A stretch of 64,000 nucleotides of DNA from Octopus sinensis (GCF_006345805.1 NC_043016.1:2480001-2544000); one strand, 5' to 3'; shown: positions 1-13,799, numbered from the stretch's first letter. Numbers and translations: made by a program. Notes: generated by a model from the sequence alone, not told the origin.

Positions 1-837
1 TCAACACGATTCCTGAACAACGATGTCAGTTTGCCACGCAATTGAACCTAAGTCTCAATATGAGAGTACGAAATTCTCCTGATGCAACTTTCGCGACCCA
101 TCGAAGCGACATCGGATCTGGAAACTGTTCGTATCACTGAGAAGCACCATTCAAACTCGGTTGGAATTGATACTGGAAACTTCATCCATTTCCGGAATAT
201 GCACATTCGTTTTTGAGGGTTTAACTGAACGCATCGTGGTTGTGTTCACGAGCTGTTATAGCTTCTATCAATAAAGTGGTCAATAATGTGCTAATGACCA
301 CAGGATTAACAACTTCCCAGGAGAAAGTCGACAATGTCTAAGTTCGAAAACTATAGTCGACGGAAATTATCACCAATATCCACGGGATTTCTTTGACAAC
401 TTGAATCCATCGCGACTACCTATGCATAGGATCTCATTGAAAAAGTACTGTCCTATAATGCACCAACGAAATTTTGATCCTGCCAATGGACATTGCAACG
501 GAACAAGATACACCGTCATGGAATTCAATTCTCACGTCATCAAGGCATTGATAGCGATTGGCCTTCATAATGGTAAGCGCCTGTTCATACCTCGGATACC
601 TCCGACAACCAGTTTCCCTTCCAATCACGACGCAGGCAGTATTCCATCAAACTAGCCTTCTCATTCACAGCTAACAAGTCCCAGGGCGAGACTTTATATC
701 GTGTTGGTGTGTTTCTGCCCAGTCCGATGTTCAATCTCGGCCAGTTGTATGTCGCTATGAGCAGAGCAACGGACTCAGCTAATTTGAAAATTAGTGTTGA
801 TCAAACACAGAATATCGTTTACAAAGAAGTTTTGTAA
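1..837 (+). mobile_element. Helitron Rep/helicase ORF 3' end (PIF1-like SF1 helicase), degraded
   Basis: Manual translation across frameshifts gives NMRVRNSPDATF..DIGSG, then LNPSRLPMHRISLKKYCPIMHQRNFDPANGHCNGTRY..KRLFIPRIP. It continues KLAFSFTANKSQGETLYRVGVFLPSPMFNLGQLYVAMSRA..NIVYKEVL* (stop 835-837), the characteristic Helitron helicase C-terminus. Confidence 0.93.
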
Positions 838-2369
838 GCGTAAGAATATCATGAATATGTACTATGTAAAGCTGTACATAAGTATAATCAAAACCAACCG
901 TTATTTATATTTTGTTACATTTCCCATGTCATATTTCAGTCTAAATACATTCATACTTAAAGTTGTTATTATTTTCTACCTTCCTTTCATTTCCCGTCGT
1001 AGATGGGTAGGTTTCCGTGATAGAATGGTCAACAAAAAGGTACTCCATCTAATGAGAGATGTATATTATTTATTTAAAGGACACAATACATGTCTTTAAG
1101 TGCTATCAATAGTTTCATATGTTGAGAAATATCTCAAACATATTTATCAGGCACAAACCACATATCATAATGAACAAAAAAACAAATTAATAAGTGAAGA
1201 AACGCGAAAACGCTGAGAATGAAGCGTATAGAAAATTCGGAAAAAGAAAAACCGAAAATCGAAGACATAACAATTAAAATGTAAAAAAAAAAAAAATGCT
1301 AAATGAGTTCTCCTCTTTAGACTTTATATTATCAGGCTGGAAAGATATCAACAAGTTAGTCAGGTAATAAGGCGGAATTTTCAAATTCTTCAAAATGTAT
1401 TTATACAGATGAATGGAACCGCTGAAAATTTCAGACCTAGATTCCAGTAGAGAGTTTGGGATTTTAGATCTGAACAGGATTTTAAGCTCTTTTAACTAAA
1501 CATAGCCTACGTTTATTTGATCTATTACCGTAAGGTATGGATTTCTGAATTATTTTTCCACTTAATCACGTGCTGTTTCGTTATCTTGCACACACCGTAC
1601 GTATCTAGCCAACTTAGTAGTTTTGCTTTTGCTTTTATGTTGGAAGGAGGCTATGTGATTGATAGAAGGAGTTTAAAATTCCCCTTTACATAATCCAATA
1701 TAGGTCTTTCTATCAGTTTTATTATAATTTAGGGTCGCAGTAACTTCTGCCTCATATATAACAGATTTAATCATACACCGTTGGTCAAGAGGACTGGATC
1801 CTGTGTCGCGACGTTACAACTGGATTTAGGCTAATAGCATTGATCTCGTGTAATGATACTCTTTATATTGGGGTAGCAGCTATATTATAATTTCACAGGA
1901 CGCCTATTAAATATTTTCCTGTATATGTGAGTTACTGGAAAGTGTTTTTCTAGGAGACACAGAAAGTTTTTACCTATATTAGTTTTTATACAAAGGGAAA
2001 AGGGAGCGGCGAACCAAATAATTTTCTTTGGCTTGTTTTTACGTCTTTTCATATTGTTCTGATTAATATTAGAGAGATTATTATTACTTTATCTTTGATG
2101 CCATTAGATCTATTGTTGTTGTTGGTATTGTTATTGTTGGTATTATTATTATTATTCTGATAAATATTTGAGGTATCATAAATTAATTTATCTTTGAAGC
2201 TACTGAAGGCTATGACATTGTTATAGCAGGGGGGCTGCTTTCTCAAAATTTTCTTTAGAAAAAGTGAGATTAGACACTCTGTTACTAATATTAGGCATCA
2301 AATTTTTAAATATAAACTGCACTTCATATTCAATATTCCGGTGAAGCTATATGTTATTCAGGCACGGAA

Positions 2370-2457
2370 CTATCGGTTTCTTTTGCCGAACCGCTAATTT
2401 ATGGGGACGTAAACACACCACCATCAGTCGTCAAGCGACGGTGTAGGGGACAAGCAC

Positions 2458-2506
<49 letters not shown>

Positions 2507-2663
2507 TATATATACGTCAGGCTTCATTCGGTTTCTATGTACCAAATCCACTTACAAAGCTTTAGTCGGCTCGAAGCTGTAGTAGTAGACACTTGCTCAA
2601 GACTGAACCCCGAACCATGTGGTTGGGAAGCAAGCTACTTACCACACACCCACTCCTGTCCCT
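2370..2663 (-). mobile_element. tRNA-derived SINE, family A (CORE-like), partial
   Basis: Reverse complement matches the family A copies at 16549-16946 and 38508-38911 (head gagtgg.tgtgtggtaagtagcttgc, internal CA/TG repeat). Confidence 0.85.
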
Positions 2664-3064
2664 ATACTTGATAGATTTTGTCTTCAAAACTGTTCCTCAT
2701 TCACTCTACTGTCCAGACCTTGTTCCCTGTGATATTTTACTGTTTCCTTAGCTGAAGGAGAGCCTCAGAGACATTCACTTTTAAGATTGTGAGAAAATGA
2801 AGAAGGCTGTGAAATAGAAGTAAAACATACATAAATATGTATGTTTATATGTGCATAAATAGATAGATATATTGATAGAAGTTACCACCCTTTGTATTAA
2901 CGCCCATCCAGGGTTTGCAACATGTATATGTGTATACACACACACACACGCAGAAACACACACACATACATAAGGTCTTGTATCCGAATCTATCTCTTGT
3001 ATTCTATATCGAGCAAATGTTGCGTGAACAGTCATCCTGATGCGAATGCTAAGAAGAAAAAGAA

Positions 3065-3067
<3 letters not shown>

Positions 3068-3151
<84 letters not shown>

Positions 3152-3167
3152 CAGTAGTAGTAGTAGT
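3068..3167. repeat. (GTA)n microsatellite
   Basis: Direct reading of the tandem repeat. Confidence 0.95.
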
Positions 3168-5106
3168 AAAAACAAAAGCAATAACAATAACAACATCAAC
3201 AGCATCATCAACAACAACGAGATGATTTCTCTATATGTGCTTAGAACGTGTAGGATGCCGAGCGAAGTAATCGAATGCTACATCTAATAGGTCTTGTCTG
3301 TAGAAAAGTAAAACGAAAACGAGATGGAAGTTGACAGATGAGCATATTTGGACTGCCGAAGGACTGGTCCGGAATAATGGCTGTCGCCTGATGAGAAGAT
3401 ACATTAATAGTTGCCGATATAGCATTAAAATGGACGCAAGCGGCGATGTTGTTGAAAGATATATGGTGTGTATACGAAAGTTATAAAACATCTCTGTGAC
3501 CAGAAAAAAATTACCATTAAGGTTGGTAGCAAAGTCCCAATATTGGTGTGTTAATCATTTATATCGATTTTATACCACAGAGTGTGGTTATCAAGTCGGC
3601 CTGTATTTAGCTTAGCACTTCATTAATGTGAAATGAGATTCTTATTGTTGTTTTTGTTGTCATTGATATTGTTGTTTAACTAACGGTCAGCTCTGATAGA
3701 CAAGACCTACAATCAAAGGTGATACACCTACGACCATCTGGGTTTTTTTTCTCAGGCATAATTTACCTTAATGTTGCTGTTATTTTTCCAGTGATGTGTT
3801 TTATTTTTGTTTTTATGTTGTTGTTTTTTTAATCGAGGCAAGCCACACTACCATCAACGGTGATCCAGTTACGAGCAACTCATATTTCATCTCTGTTATA
3901 TATATATTTTTTATCGTTATTATACAATTATAATGTACGTAGTGCTACATTGTTCAATATGTCCTCCCCATTTTTGAGACAGTAAAGTAGCGATCTGAAA
4001 CGTATAGGTGGTGACAAATTTTTATAATTTAAGTTTTCAAAACGTCATGAAAAACGTGTTGTTCATAATTTGATTATAATTTACAGTCTTCAAGTTTGAT
4101 TAATAAATATAGTGAAACATTTTCTACATAAAGAACGCTCACCTGATATATTTTCACTTAGGCACTACTATTGATATTCATAATCGAGAAGGAGTTTTTA
4201 TTTACTGATTGCATGGATAATCTCAGTTAACCAAAGTTTGACAACTCATTACATTACATTTGTGAAAGTTTTACTCTTGCTGCGAAAACATTGGTATTGG
4301 TATCGAGCACCTTGTCACCTTCAAAGCTGTTACACCTCTACCTAAATATGAAACTATTAAAAGGTAACGACCAAGAAGAATTGCTAGAGTATCAGGAAAA
4401 AATACCCTGTAGTATTTCTCCTGATTCTTAACGTTCTGAGTTCCAATCTCGTCCAAGACAACTTTTCTTTTGATAAAATAAAGTACCACTGAAGTAGTGA
4501 GATTGATGGTGTCGACAATCACCCTACCCTCAAAATTGCTGGCTCAGTGGCTGAATCAGAAATTTAGTTCTTAACTCTTGGTCAGAGTCGGCGGAGCAGA
4601 CCGATGATCAAAAGCGGAACCACCATGATCAGCTCCTGTCATTCATTGCATTTCAAGAACCACATTATTCCAATGGGATTCTTCTTCAAGACAGAGGGTT
4701 TCTATTTTGAAGGCGATGGATTGGATTCCATTTCTAGAAATTCAGACGAATATCTAGAATCTCGAGTGCTGTTAACTTCCTTGTTCCTTTACTAATCTAC
4801 CAGATATCATTTGTTACCTTTTTTTCTTTCTGAAATTATTTTTCAGTGCTTATTTGTGTAGTGTTATTTGTGTAGTATTATAGAAATATTAAAATTACTA
4901 AGTCTCTCTAAAAGAGATTACGACAGCGTTACTGGAAATTAATTGTTATCGCCATATTAATATGGCAATCTTATGGATATAAGACTAAAAGCTGTCGCTG
5001 ATTAGCTCCATGAGGCCTTCGCCTTAAGATAGCTATATGACACACACTGTGTCCATTAGAACCTTCGAACAAGGGAGGTCAGCCGCTTCACACTGCTAGT
5101 CAGACA

Positions 5107-5149
5107 GCTACAGACGCGTTTCAGGGTATTTGCCCCTCGTCAATGTAGC
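5107..5149 (-). ncRNA. Minimal type I hammerhead ribozyme fold (Penelope-type), decayed
   Basis: Minus strand reads gctaca-TTGACGA-gggg caaata ccct-GAAA-cgcg-TC-tgtagc. It has a perfect 6-bp stem I, a palindromic stem III and a GUC site, with two C>T changes from the canonical core. Confidence 0.72.
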
Positions 5150-6121
5150 GATAACAATTAATTTTGTTAGTATTATTTTACTTAAAATTTCCATTTAGAC
5201 GCAAGGTTTTATGCTGAATGGAAATCGCATGATACTGCCATTTTATTATTACTGTCCTGTTGTGGATTGGATAGTAGTCCTTTTACGGTCGGGAAATTTA
5301 TTCTTGCAATCGGCACCTGAATAGTGTTCGAACTCAGACCGCAAGAGACGAAACCTCCCTAGGCTGCGAATTTTTCTACAGATAACGGAAGGAAGAGACA
5401 GTTGATTTCTGTAGGATTTTAACTTAGAGGGTTAATAACCTTTTAACTCGCATATTTAATGGGCAAGATAAAAAAATGATTATTCCCAAGTATAACAATA
5501 AATTTATTAATATTTAACATCTAACCTCGGAGCTCCCAAGTTATATCGGTTGATATTTAGTTTGGAATATATGTAGTTTAGTGTGTATAAGGAAATGTCG
5601 TATGATGGTATATAATTCCGATGAGTTATGCATAAAAATAATTTCGGAAATGTGTTTAGTGTGGTTAGGTTTACGGATTAAGTGGATCAGGAGGACACAC
5701 GTGATCGGAAAGGGTCGCTGAAGATATGTGACGAAAAATTTCCGGACAATAGACAAAAGATAAAAGAACAATAATAGACGCGTGAAGAACGAATAAATAG
5801 TGCGTGTTTATTTGGAAAATAGACAAATAAATAAATAAAATAAAATGACCATCCCGAAATATGACAATGTTTAGTGTAGTGATTGGAAGCTGAGACACTG
5901 TAGTGGGTGAGTAAAGAACAAGACACAGGTTTATAAAGATCGTTATAGTCCGATAGAAGATATTAAAATGTATGCGTATACTTGTATGTGTGTGAGGAAG
6001 AGAGAGAGAGAGAGAGAGAATAGTCAGACAGGTTGGCAGGCAGGTATGCATACACGGAGACAGGCTGACAAGCAGGCAGCCAGGTAGCTAAGCAGAGTGA
6101 GAAAGAGAGAGGAACCAACAC

Positions 6122-6315
6122 AAAGAAGAAAAAGAAGAAGGAGAAGAAGAAGAAGAAGAAGAAGAAGAAGAAGAAGAAAAAGAAGAAGAAAAAGAAGAAG
6201 AAGAAGAAGAAGAAGAAGAAGGAGAAGAAGAAGAAGAAGAAGAAAAAGAGAAGAAGAAAAAAGAAGAAGAAGACGAAGAAGAAGAAGAAGAAGACAAGAA
6301 GAAGAAGAAGAAGAA

Positions 6316-6347
<32 letters not shown>

Positions 6348-6387
6348 AGAACAGGGGAGGAGGAGGAGGAGGAGGAGGAAGAAGAAG
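6122..6387. repeat. (GAA)n/(GGA)n microsatellite
   Basis: Direct reading. Confidence 0.95.
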
Positions 6388-6391
6388 ATCT

Positions 6392-6563
6392 TGGAGCATG
6401 AAAATAGTAAAGGTCGAATTGATAATAATTGGTGCATTGGGAACAGTAAGCAAAGATAGACATAAGGCTGAAGGAAACTGAAATAGAATGCCTGGTAGAG
6501 TTCCTATAGAAAGTTTGTCTTTTTGGCACAGCAAGGATTATCAGGTGGGTTTTAAGCATTTGA
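6392..6563 (+). mobile_element. R4/Dong-type RLE non-LTR element, ORF C-terminal fragment
   Basis: Translates WSMKIVKVELIIIGALGTVSK ... EFL*KVCLFGTARIIRWVLSI*, homologous to the C-termini of the RLE ORFs at 9672 and 43698. Confidence 0.75.
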
Positions 6564-7086
6564 TAGTCTGCTTAAAACTTGTGAATTCCTAAGGTTACTG
6601 GTAGTAAACTGCTATTCACATAATTCCAACCGAAATTGAGCCAAAACAAAATAATCATAATATAGATGCAAGGTAGTCTTGTTTGAGAATTATGAAGGTA
6701 GTGATTGAACAGGGCAGTAGTAATTTCTGATATCTTCATAGCTTCATCTTCATGATGAAATGATTTTAGCGTGTATTGCTGCCTCTCTATAACAGGCAAG
6801 GCCAAGGTAATTGACATGGTTTTATTAATCTAGCCTGTGGTCATTTCTAAATCTGATTAGAGAAACCTCTTCTTCGTAATATCTCAAAAGATCGAAGATG
6901 AAGTTTAATATTTCAAGCTGTTTAGAAAGTTTTAATAGTGTTCATCAATTTCTTCTATCTTTACTCTAATTGTCATAAACCGAACCTAAGTCTAAAGCTC
7001 TTTTTCTTCCACTCTCTGCCTCCCTTTTTCTCTCTCCCTCCTTCCCTATCTTTTCTCTCTTTCTCTCTCTCACTCTCTCTCTTTCT

Positions 7087-7121
<35 letters not shown>

Positions 7122-7620
7122 CCATCGCTATCATTTATTAAATTCTTCACATACATGCATAATTTGTTGTAAACTTTCGTATGTGAGCGCCACCAAGTCA
7201 CAAAAATATGCATGTTACAGCTTTCAATTTTCAGCTCCTATACGAAGCAATAACTATTGCTAGAATGAACGAGATAACACCTGGCAACTGAATTTGTGAC
7301 ACAGTTTCAACTCCCTATTGACGTCGTTTCGCTTCAACTTACATCATATACTTATCACAACATTCCATTTCTTATCCATTAAATATCTGAGAATATATAT
7401 GTGCATATAGCATATTCATTACTTCTTTTTACCCTTGACAACATACACACTACTCTCTTAAATCAGGTTGTTGATGTTGTTCTTTGTGCTGTGCGTTCCT
7501 GTTTTTTCTCTCTTTCATGTTCTTTTTTCTTACCGTAATTCATATTCCTTTTTGTTCTTTTTTATTTTCCGTCATACTTTCTTCTTCTTTTCCTCCTACT
7601 CCTCCTCCTCCTCCTCATCA

Positions 7621-7770
<150 letters not shown>

Positions 7771-7773
7771 CAG

Positions 7774-7992
7774 GGTGGCGAGCTGGCGGAATTGTTAGCA
7801 AGCCGGGCGAAATGCTTAGCGGTATTTTCGTCCATCTCCACGTCTGAGTTAAAATTCCGACGAAGTCGACTTCGCCTTTCATCTATTCGGAGTTGATAAA
7901 ATATGAACCAGATGAGTATTAGGGTCAATGTAATCGGCTATCCTCCTCCCCCAAATTTCATGTCTTGTGCCTTTTGTAGGAAAGATTATTAT
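7774..7992 (+). mobile_element. tRNA-derived SINE, family B
   Basis: A-box-like tggcggaattg and degenerate B-box gagttaaaattcc; central gaagtcgacttcgcctttcatc..gataaaat domain; ATT tail. Matches about 10 other copies in the window. Confidence 0.85.
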
Positions 7993-7995
7993 TAT

Positions 7996-8230
7996 CTTCT
8001 TTCAATTTTGTTTTCATTTCTTGCCGAGCGTCTACCCGACACCTAGGGCAAAAGGCTCACTGTATACATTGGGAAGGGGAGGGGGCATTAAAATGAAGAC
8101 ACCAGATTGTTCATTTACAAAGTCATGTAATAGAAAGAAATAAGAGGAAGAAAGACAGAGAGTAAAAGGAAAGAAGGAAAGAAAGAAAACGAAGAAAATA
8201 AAGCGGAAAAAGAAAAGAAAATTCACAGTG
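7996..8230 (-). mobile_element. R4/Dong-type 3' UTR fragment
   Basis: Similar to 12225-12420 and to the 3' UTR following the RLE ORF at 43531-43697 (ccctaggtg..ctcgg motif then AAT tail on the minus strand). Confidence 0.65.
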
Positions 8231-8258
8231 GCAATGCTCTTCTCGATATGTTGTTTTT

Positions 8259-8288
<30 letters not shown>

Positions 8289-8289
<1 letters not shown>

Positions 8290-8800
8290 ACACTGGGGTA
8301 AAATATACGAAGCCCAGTATACCCATCATGACTACCCGTCTGTTAAGGGTACACCAGGCACATGCATCACAACCATATGTGCGCGACATGATGATCTCAT
8401 ATCAAGATAAACAGCACATGACCTTGCAGTTGGGGCCCAGTTAGAATTTTCTTCAGGTTGAGTAGCCCATCCCGTTCAAAATGTCCCTGAATAAGGGTTG
8501 TTTAAGGATGTTGAACGAAACACCCATGTTTCCAAAGGTGTATTATTCGAAGCCCAAAGAATTCCTCTCCACAAATGGCTATGATGCTCCCCCACTACTT
8601 CTGCTCGTGATCACAGATGCACATATCGTCAGCCACTAAGGGACATGCTCAACTGGTTAAAGTCAAACAACTGAGTTATTGAGCAAGATATTTGCTGTAG
8701 CTCACCTTTTATACCAAGACAAAACAATGAACATGATAACACTTCCAATCAGTTAAGATCAGAAGACGTAAAAGCCACTGCCTGGAACTGCCAGGACATT
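8289..8800 (-). mobile_element. ORF-less ~0.5 kb microsatellite-flanked retroposon (family C), copy 1
   Basis: High similarity to copies at 20043, 45698, 52424 and 60441; flanked by (TTG)n. Confidence 0.85.
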
Positions 8801-8814
8801 GTTGTTGTTGTTAT

Positions 8815-9029
8815 ATGAAAACTCACAGCTTATCCTGCTGGATATGATGGAAAGCGTCAGCTGTCTACAGCCAGCAGGCTAAGGCGATACATGTTTACCA
8901 ATCATGTTTCAAGAATCCCGCGGAGAACTCTTGAAGTTCCAAGCAATGCTGATTTTTGTAGGTGTTCAATCTTTACATTTATACCAATCATTTGGGGTAA
9001 CTTCCAATTGCGGCTAGCTGAGTGATGAT

Positions 9030-9030
<1 letters not shown>
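8815..9030 (-). mobile_element. R4/Dong-type RLE ORF C-terminus plus 3' UTR
   Basis: Minus strand translates VKIEHLQKSALLGTSRVLRGILET*, followed by a short UTR and AAC repeats. Confidence 0.7.
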
Positions 9031-9518
<488 letters not shown>

Positions 9519-10972
9519 TCATTTACTTTTAATCTGCATGTTTGATGCAATCACCTGCCGGGGCACACCCAGCGCCCTAGGGCAAGTGAAGGTTAAGAGT
9601 TGTTGAAATATAGCTGAAAGGTTGGTGAGGGGAAGTAGAGAAATATCTCCATGTAATACAAACACAAACATTTACATTGATAGGGTTTTTCTAAGGATGT
9701 GGGCAGTACTTGTTAGCACAATCTTTTGGATTTCCTTGAGACATGGTTTTCCAGGGATATTGTCTAGGTGTTTCTGACATCCCTTTTTTATCATACCTAG
9801 GGCACCTACAATAACAGGAACAGTTTTTGTTTTAAGATTCCACATCCTCTGTATTTCGATTTCCAGGTCCTTATATTTACTAAGTTTGTCAAATTCCTTG
9901 ACAGATACATTTTTATCAGTGGGGACGCTTACTTCTATTAGTCTGCAGGTATTTTCTTCCCTGTCTTTAACAATTATGTCTGGTCGATTAGCCTTGATCG
10001 TTCTGTCAGTGTTGACTGGAAAATCCCAGAGGATGGTGACATCTTTACCTTCAACAACTGGCTGAGGATGGTGTTCATACCAGTTAGCAGCAGTGTCGGA
10101 TTTGTAGTGTTTACATATCTTCCAATGTATATACTGTCCTACCCTATCGTGGCGATTTTGTATTCGTTTGGTGTCAGCACAGGACATCCCGAAACGAGAT
10201 GGTCTATTGTTTCGTCAAATGTGTCACAGAATCTGCATTTAGGGTCAGTACCGTTTCGGAGAACGTTAGCCTGGTAATTTCTGGTAAACAAGCTTTGATC
10301 TTGTGCTGCCATTATGAAGCCTTCAGTCTCTGCTTTCAATCCTGAACTCTTCAGCCACTGATGGATTGTTGCTTGGTCTACATCAGCATTTTGGCTTCGG
10401 AGAATGTATTGTCCATGCAGGGGCTTCTGGCTCCACCGCCTCTCAATTTGATTCTGCCCATTCTTTTTTGCAGTCTGCCTGATTCGCTTTGCTTGCTTGG
10501 TAGCAGTGGTTTCTGGCTCTTCACCTGATTCAAGGTTAATGCCTAGTTCCCTTTCGAACTTATAATCTTCCTTGACAATAGAATGCAGCTTTTTGCTGTT
10601 TTCGTGTTCACACACAAGTCGCAGCATCCAGTCTTTTGTACTAGATAGGTACCTGTTCATTCCTACAGTAGAGGTCTTATAGCACAGCTCCAATTGCATC
10701 ATTCCTCTCCCCCCGCTGCTTCTAGGTAGGTACAAGCGGTCTACATCTGCCTTAGGGTGGTGCATGCTCCTGGATGTCAGTAACTTTCTTGTCTTCCTGT
10801 CCAAGCTTGGAGTTCCGTAAGGTTCCAGTTAATGATGTTAAAACTGTACTGGACTACTGGAAGTGCCAGGGTGTTAATGGCCTCAATGCAATTTTTGGAG
10901 TTGAGTTCAGTCTTCAGTACAAGCCTTATTCTCCTATAGTACTCCTTTCTTATTTTTTCCTTCATAGTAGCT
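9519..10972 (-). mobile_element. 5'-truncated R4/Dong-clade non-LTR retrotransposon (RT C-terminus, CCHC knuckle, RLE)
   Basis: ORFs 10777-10965, 10139-10804 and 9672-10187 give MHHPKADVDRLYLPRSSGGRG, CRFC..ETIDHLVSGC, RHDRVGQYIHW and KANRPDIIVKD..KLSKYKDLEIE. Both ends lie in TAA arrays. Confidence 0.93.
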
Positions 10973-10977
10973 TATTA

Positions 10978-11068
<91 letters not shown>

Positions 11069-11069
<1 letters not shown>

Positions 11070-12005
11070 TTGGGAGGTATGGTCGGTGGTCCATTTTGGG
11101 CTCCTTGGTTTTCAGTTCTTTGATAATTTTATTTTTTATATTATCATAATCATTAGGCTCCCCTTCGTTGTTTACATCGTGTTTGTTGGGAATGTTGCGT
11201 TTGTCTTCGTGTTTTACAGTTTCAGTGTTTATATTATTGGGCATTGTTGTGTGGCTTCTATCTACATTTTCCTGGTGTATTTTTTCTTTTAAATGTTCTA
11301 TTTCTATTTCTGATATTTTTTTGGCTTTGAGAATGTATCTTCGTACGTTAGCTAATTATTAGGCTTCATTGCTGTATCCAAGTCTATATCTCTATTATTT
11401 TCCTTCCATATTTTATATCTATGTGTTGTTGTATTTTCATTTTGTGGGTAGAGCATTGCTGTGAAGTATGCGTGTAAGATAGAAATGTATTCCTCACGTG
11501 TCCATTTACGTCTTTTGGGTTTTAATTGCGGGACATGAGGTACAACGTCCGGCCCATTATTTTGACGGTCGTCATTTTCGTAGGGTACCGGTCCGTTTAT
11601 TTCTGTTGTCACATTATTTCGCACGTGTAGTTTTTCGTACATTTTTTGTTGTAGGTTTAATGTACGTACCACTCGATTGTTATTCTTGGGTTGAATAGTA
11701 TCGGTGGCATTTAATTTCTTCGTAGTTCCTTTGTACATGGTGTTTGAGGTCGGGGATGATCGTGTTGTTCCACGCATGTTTACAAGTGTTGTGTTAGAGG
11801 TGGAGATAATATCGAGTCAAAATACATCATTTCGTTTCGAAAATAGTAATAAATTTCAATTCGTATTACTTACTCGGATATAGTCCAATTCTTTGTTAGT
11901 AAATCTTTGGCTCCATAGGGTGTCCTTGTTTTCGATGTTTGTGGATAGATTTCGGAGCTCTGTATTTTCCGTCTTACATCTTAAACGTCCCCGGTGTCTC
12001 TCTGT
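11069..12005 (-). mobile_element. 5' UTR and N-terminal ORF fragment of an R4/Dong element
   Basis: KRRKWTREEYISILHAYF ... LANVRRYILKAKKISEIEIEHLK ... MDHRPYLPR resembles the R4/Dong N-terminal region; bounded by TAA arrays on both sides. Confidence 0.7.
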
Positions 12006-12030
12006 ATAATAATATAATAATAATAATATT

Positions 12031-12125
<95 letters not shown>

Positions 12126-12168
12126 GTTATTATTATTATTATTACTATTATTATTATTATTATTATTA

Positions 12169-12208
<40 letters not shown>

Positions 12209-12224
12209 CATTATTACTGTTGTT

Positions 12225-12420
12225 TTACTTCTTTCAATTTTGTTTCTATTTCTTACCGAGTGTCTTCCCGACACCAAGGGCAAAGAAGCTCACTCTACAC
12301 ATTGGTAGGCCATTAAAATAAACACACATCAGATTGTTTGTTTACAAAGTCAAGTTATGTGATAGAAAAAAAAGAAAAGAAAGAAAAAAGAAAAACGAAA
12401 CAAGAAAACAAAAAAATTCT
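12225..12420 (-). mobile_element. R4/Dong-type 3' UTR fragment
   Basis: Near-colinear with 7996-8230; abuts an (ATT)n array. Confidence 0.65.
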
Positions 12421-12519
12421 GTAAAGTCTCAAAGAATCATTACGTTTTCTGATTCAGTTACAGCCTCAGGGTGATGATTATACCGTTTGTCAGCAGTTTT
12501 GATTTTAAATGCCGACATA

Positions 12520-13110
12520 TTAACCAGTGTAGATATTGGCCAACTCTGTCATGTCTTTTTTTTGCCTTTCGTCCTTTCAGGAACGACAAAATAAGTCCCT
12601 GTTCCGCACTGGGGTTGATACAATCATATCGTCAGCCACTATTACTATTATTATTAAAGTGGCAAGCTGGTAGAATCTTTAGCGCGCTGGACGAAACGCT
12701 TAGTGATATTTTGCCCGTCGCTACGTTCTCAGTTCAAATTCCGCCGAGGTTGACTTTGCCTTTCATCTTTTCGAGGTCGATAAAATAAGTACCAGTTGAA
12801 CCCTGGGATCGATGTAATCGACTTATCGCCACCTCCCCCAAACTGCGCTTGTAATATAAATTTCAAATAATAATTATTAGTAGTAGTAGTATTATTGAGG
12901 CGGCGAGCTGGCAGAATCGTTAGCACTCCGGGCAAAATACTTAGAGGCATTTCGTCTATCTTTACGTCCTGAGTTCAAATTCCGCCGAGGTCGTCTGTGC
13001 ATTTCATTCATTCGGGGTCGATAAATTAGGTACCAGTCAAGTAGAGGGGTCGATGTAATTGACTATCCCCCTCCCCAAAATATCAGCCCTTGTGCCTGTA
13101 GCAGAAAGGA
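12520..13110 (+). mobile_element. Cluster of family B SINEs (degenerate 12520-12630; 12659-12862; 12897-13110)
   Basis: Repeated ggcgagctggcagaatcgttagc..gagttcaaattccgccgagg..gataaatta.gtaccag units. Confidence 0.85.
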
Positions 13111-13799
13111 TCATTATTATTTTTATTATTGTTCTCCTCCTCTTTTCAAATACTGTTGTTGTTGTTGTTTGTTGCTAGTGAATCCTGATCGAACTGATCT
13201 TTGACCAAATTCTTCTAGTCATTACCATCGCGTTATATTAGCATATATTATCCAATATCTCTTTTTCATGTTTAATATAGTTGAGATACACAACTGTGTT
13301 TTAAATTTATCATCTATTTTCTTATTTGTTTGTGGCTAATTCGGAACTCAAATCCATCATCAACATTTCTATCTTTTATAAAATGTTCACTGTAATGTTT
13401 TTCTGAATAATAAGTATCTTATTTTCCTGCAAGCATATTAATTCTGGATATATTCTTCTGAACTCATGAAATTTGGCGACTGATGCAAATATTACGTGAT
13501 AAATTTCAGTCGCTTCCAGTTCAATAAACATATTGTTATCGCTAAAAATAGATAACAATATTTCTCTTAAATAGTTTTGTGACTTTTCGAATGTATACCT
13601 AGTGAAGATAAATATTATGAACAATTATAATTTTCTGTAATCTATACATCGCCTCCTATTTACATCCCCATTGGATAAATAGGTAAAAATCGATTCTAAG
13701 ATAAGTGTTAAGAGACGGAACCAATACTGCGTGATCGAACGAATTGCTATTCAGCTTGCGCCAATAGCAAGTTCGTGTTCATAAGCCGCGTCAAAACAA

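Noticed and set aside
13737-13780. Short hairpin acgaattgctatt/aatagcaagttcgt
   Set aside because: Only about 13 bp, too short for a pre-miRNA; adjacent to a hAT remnant.
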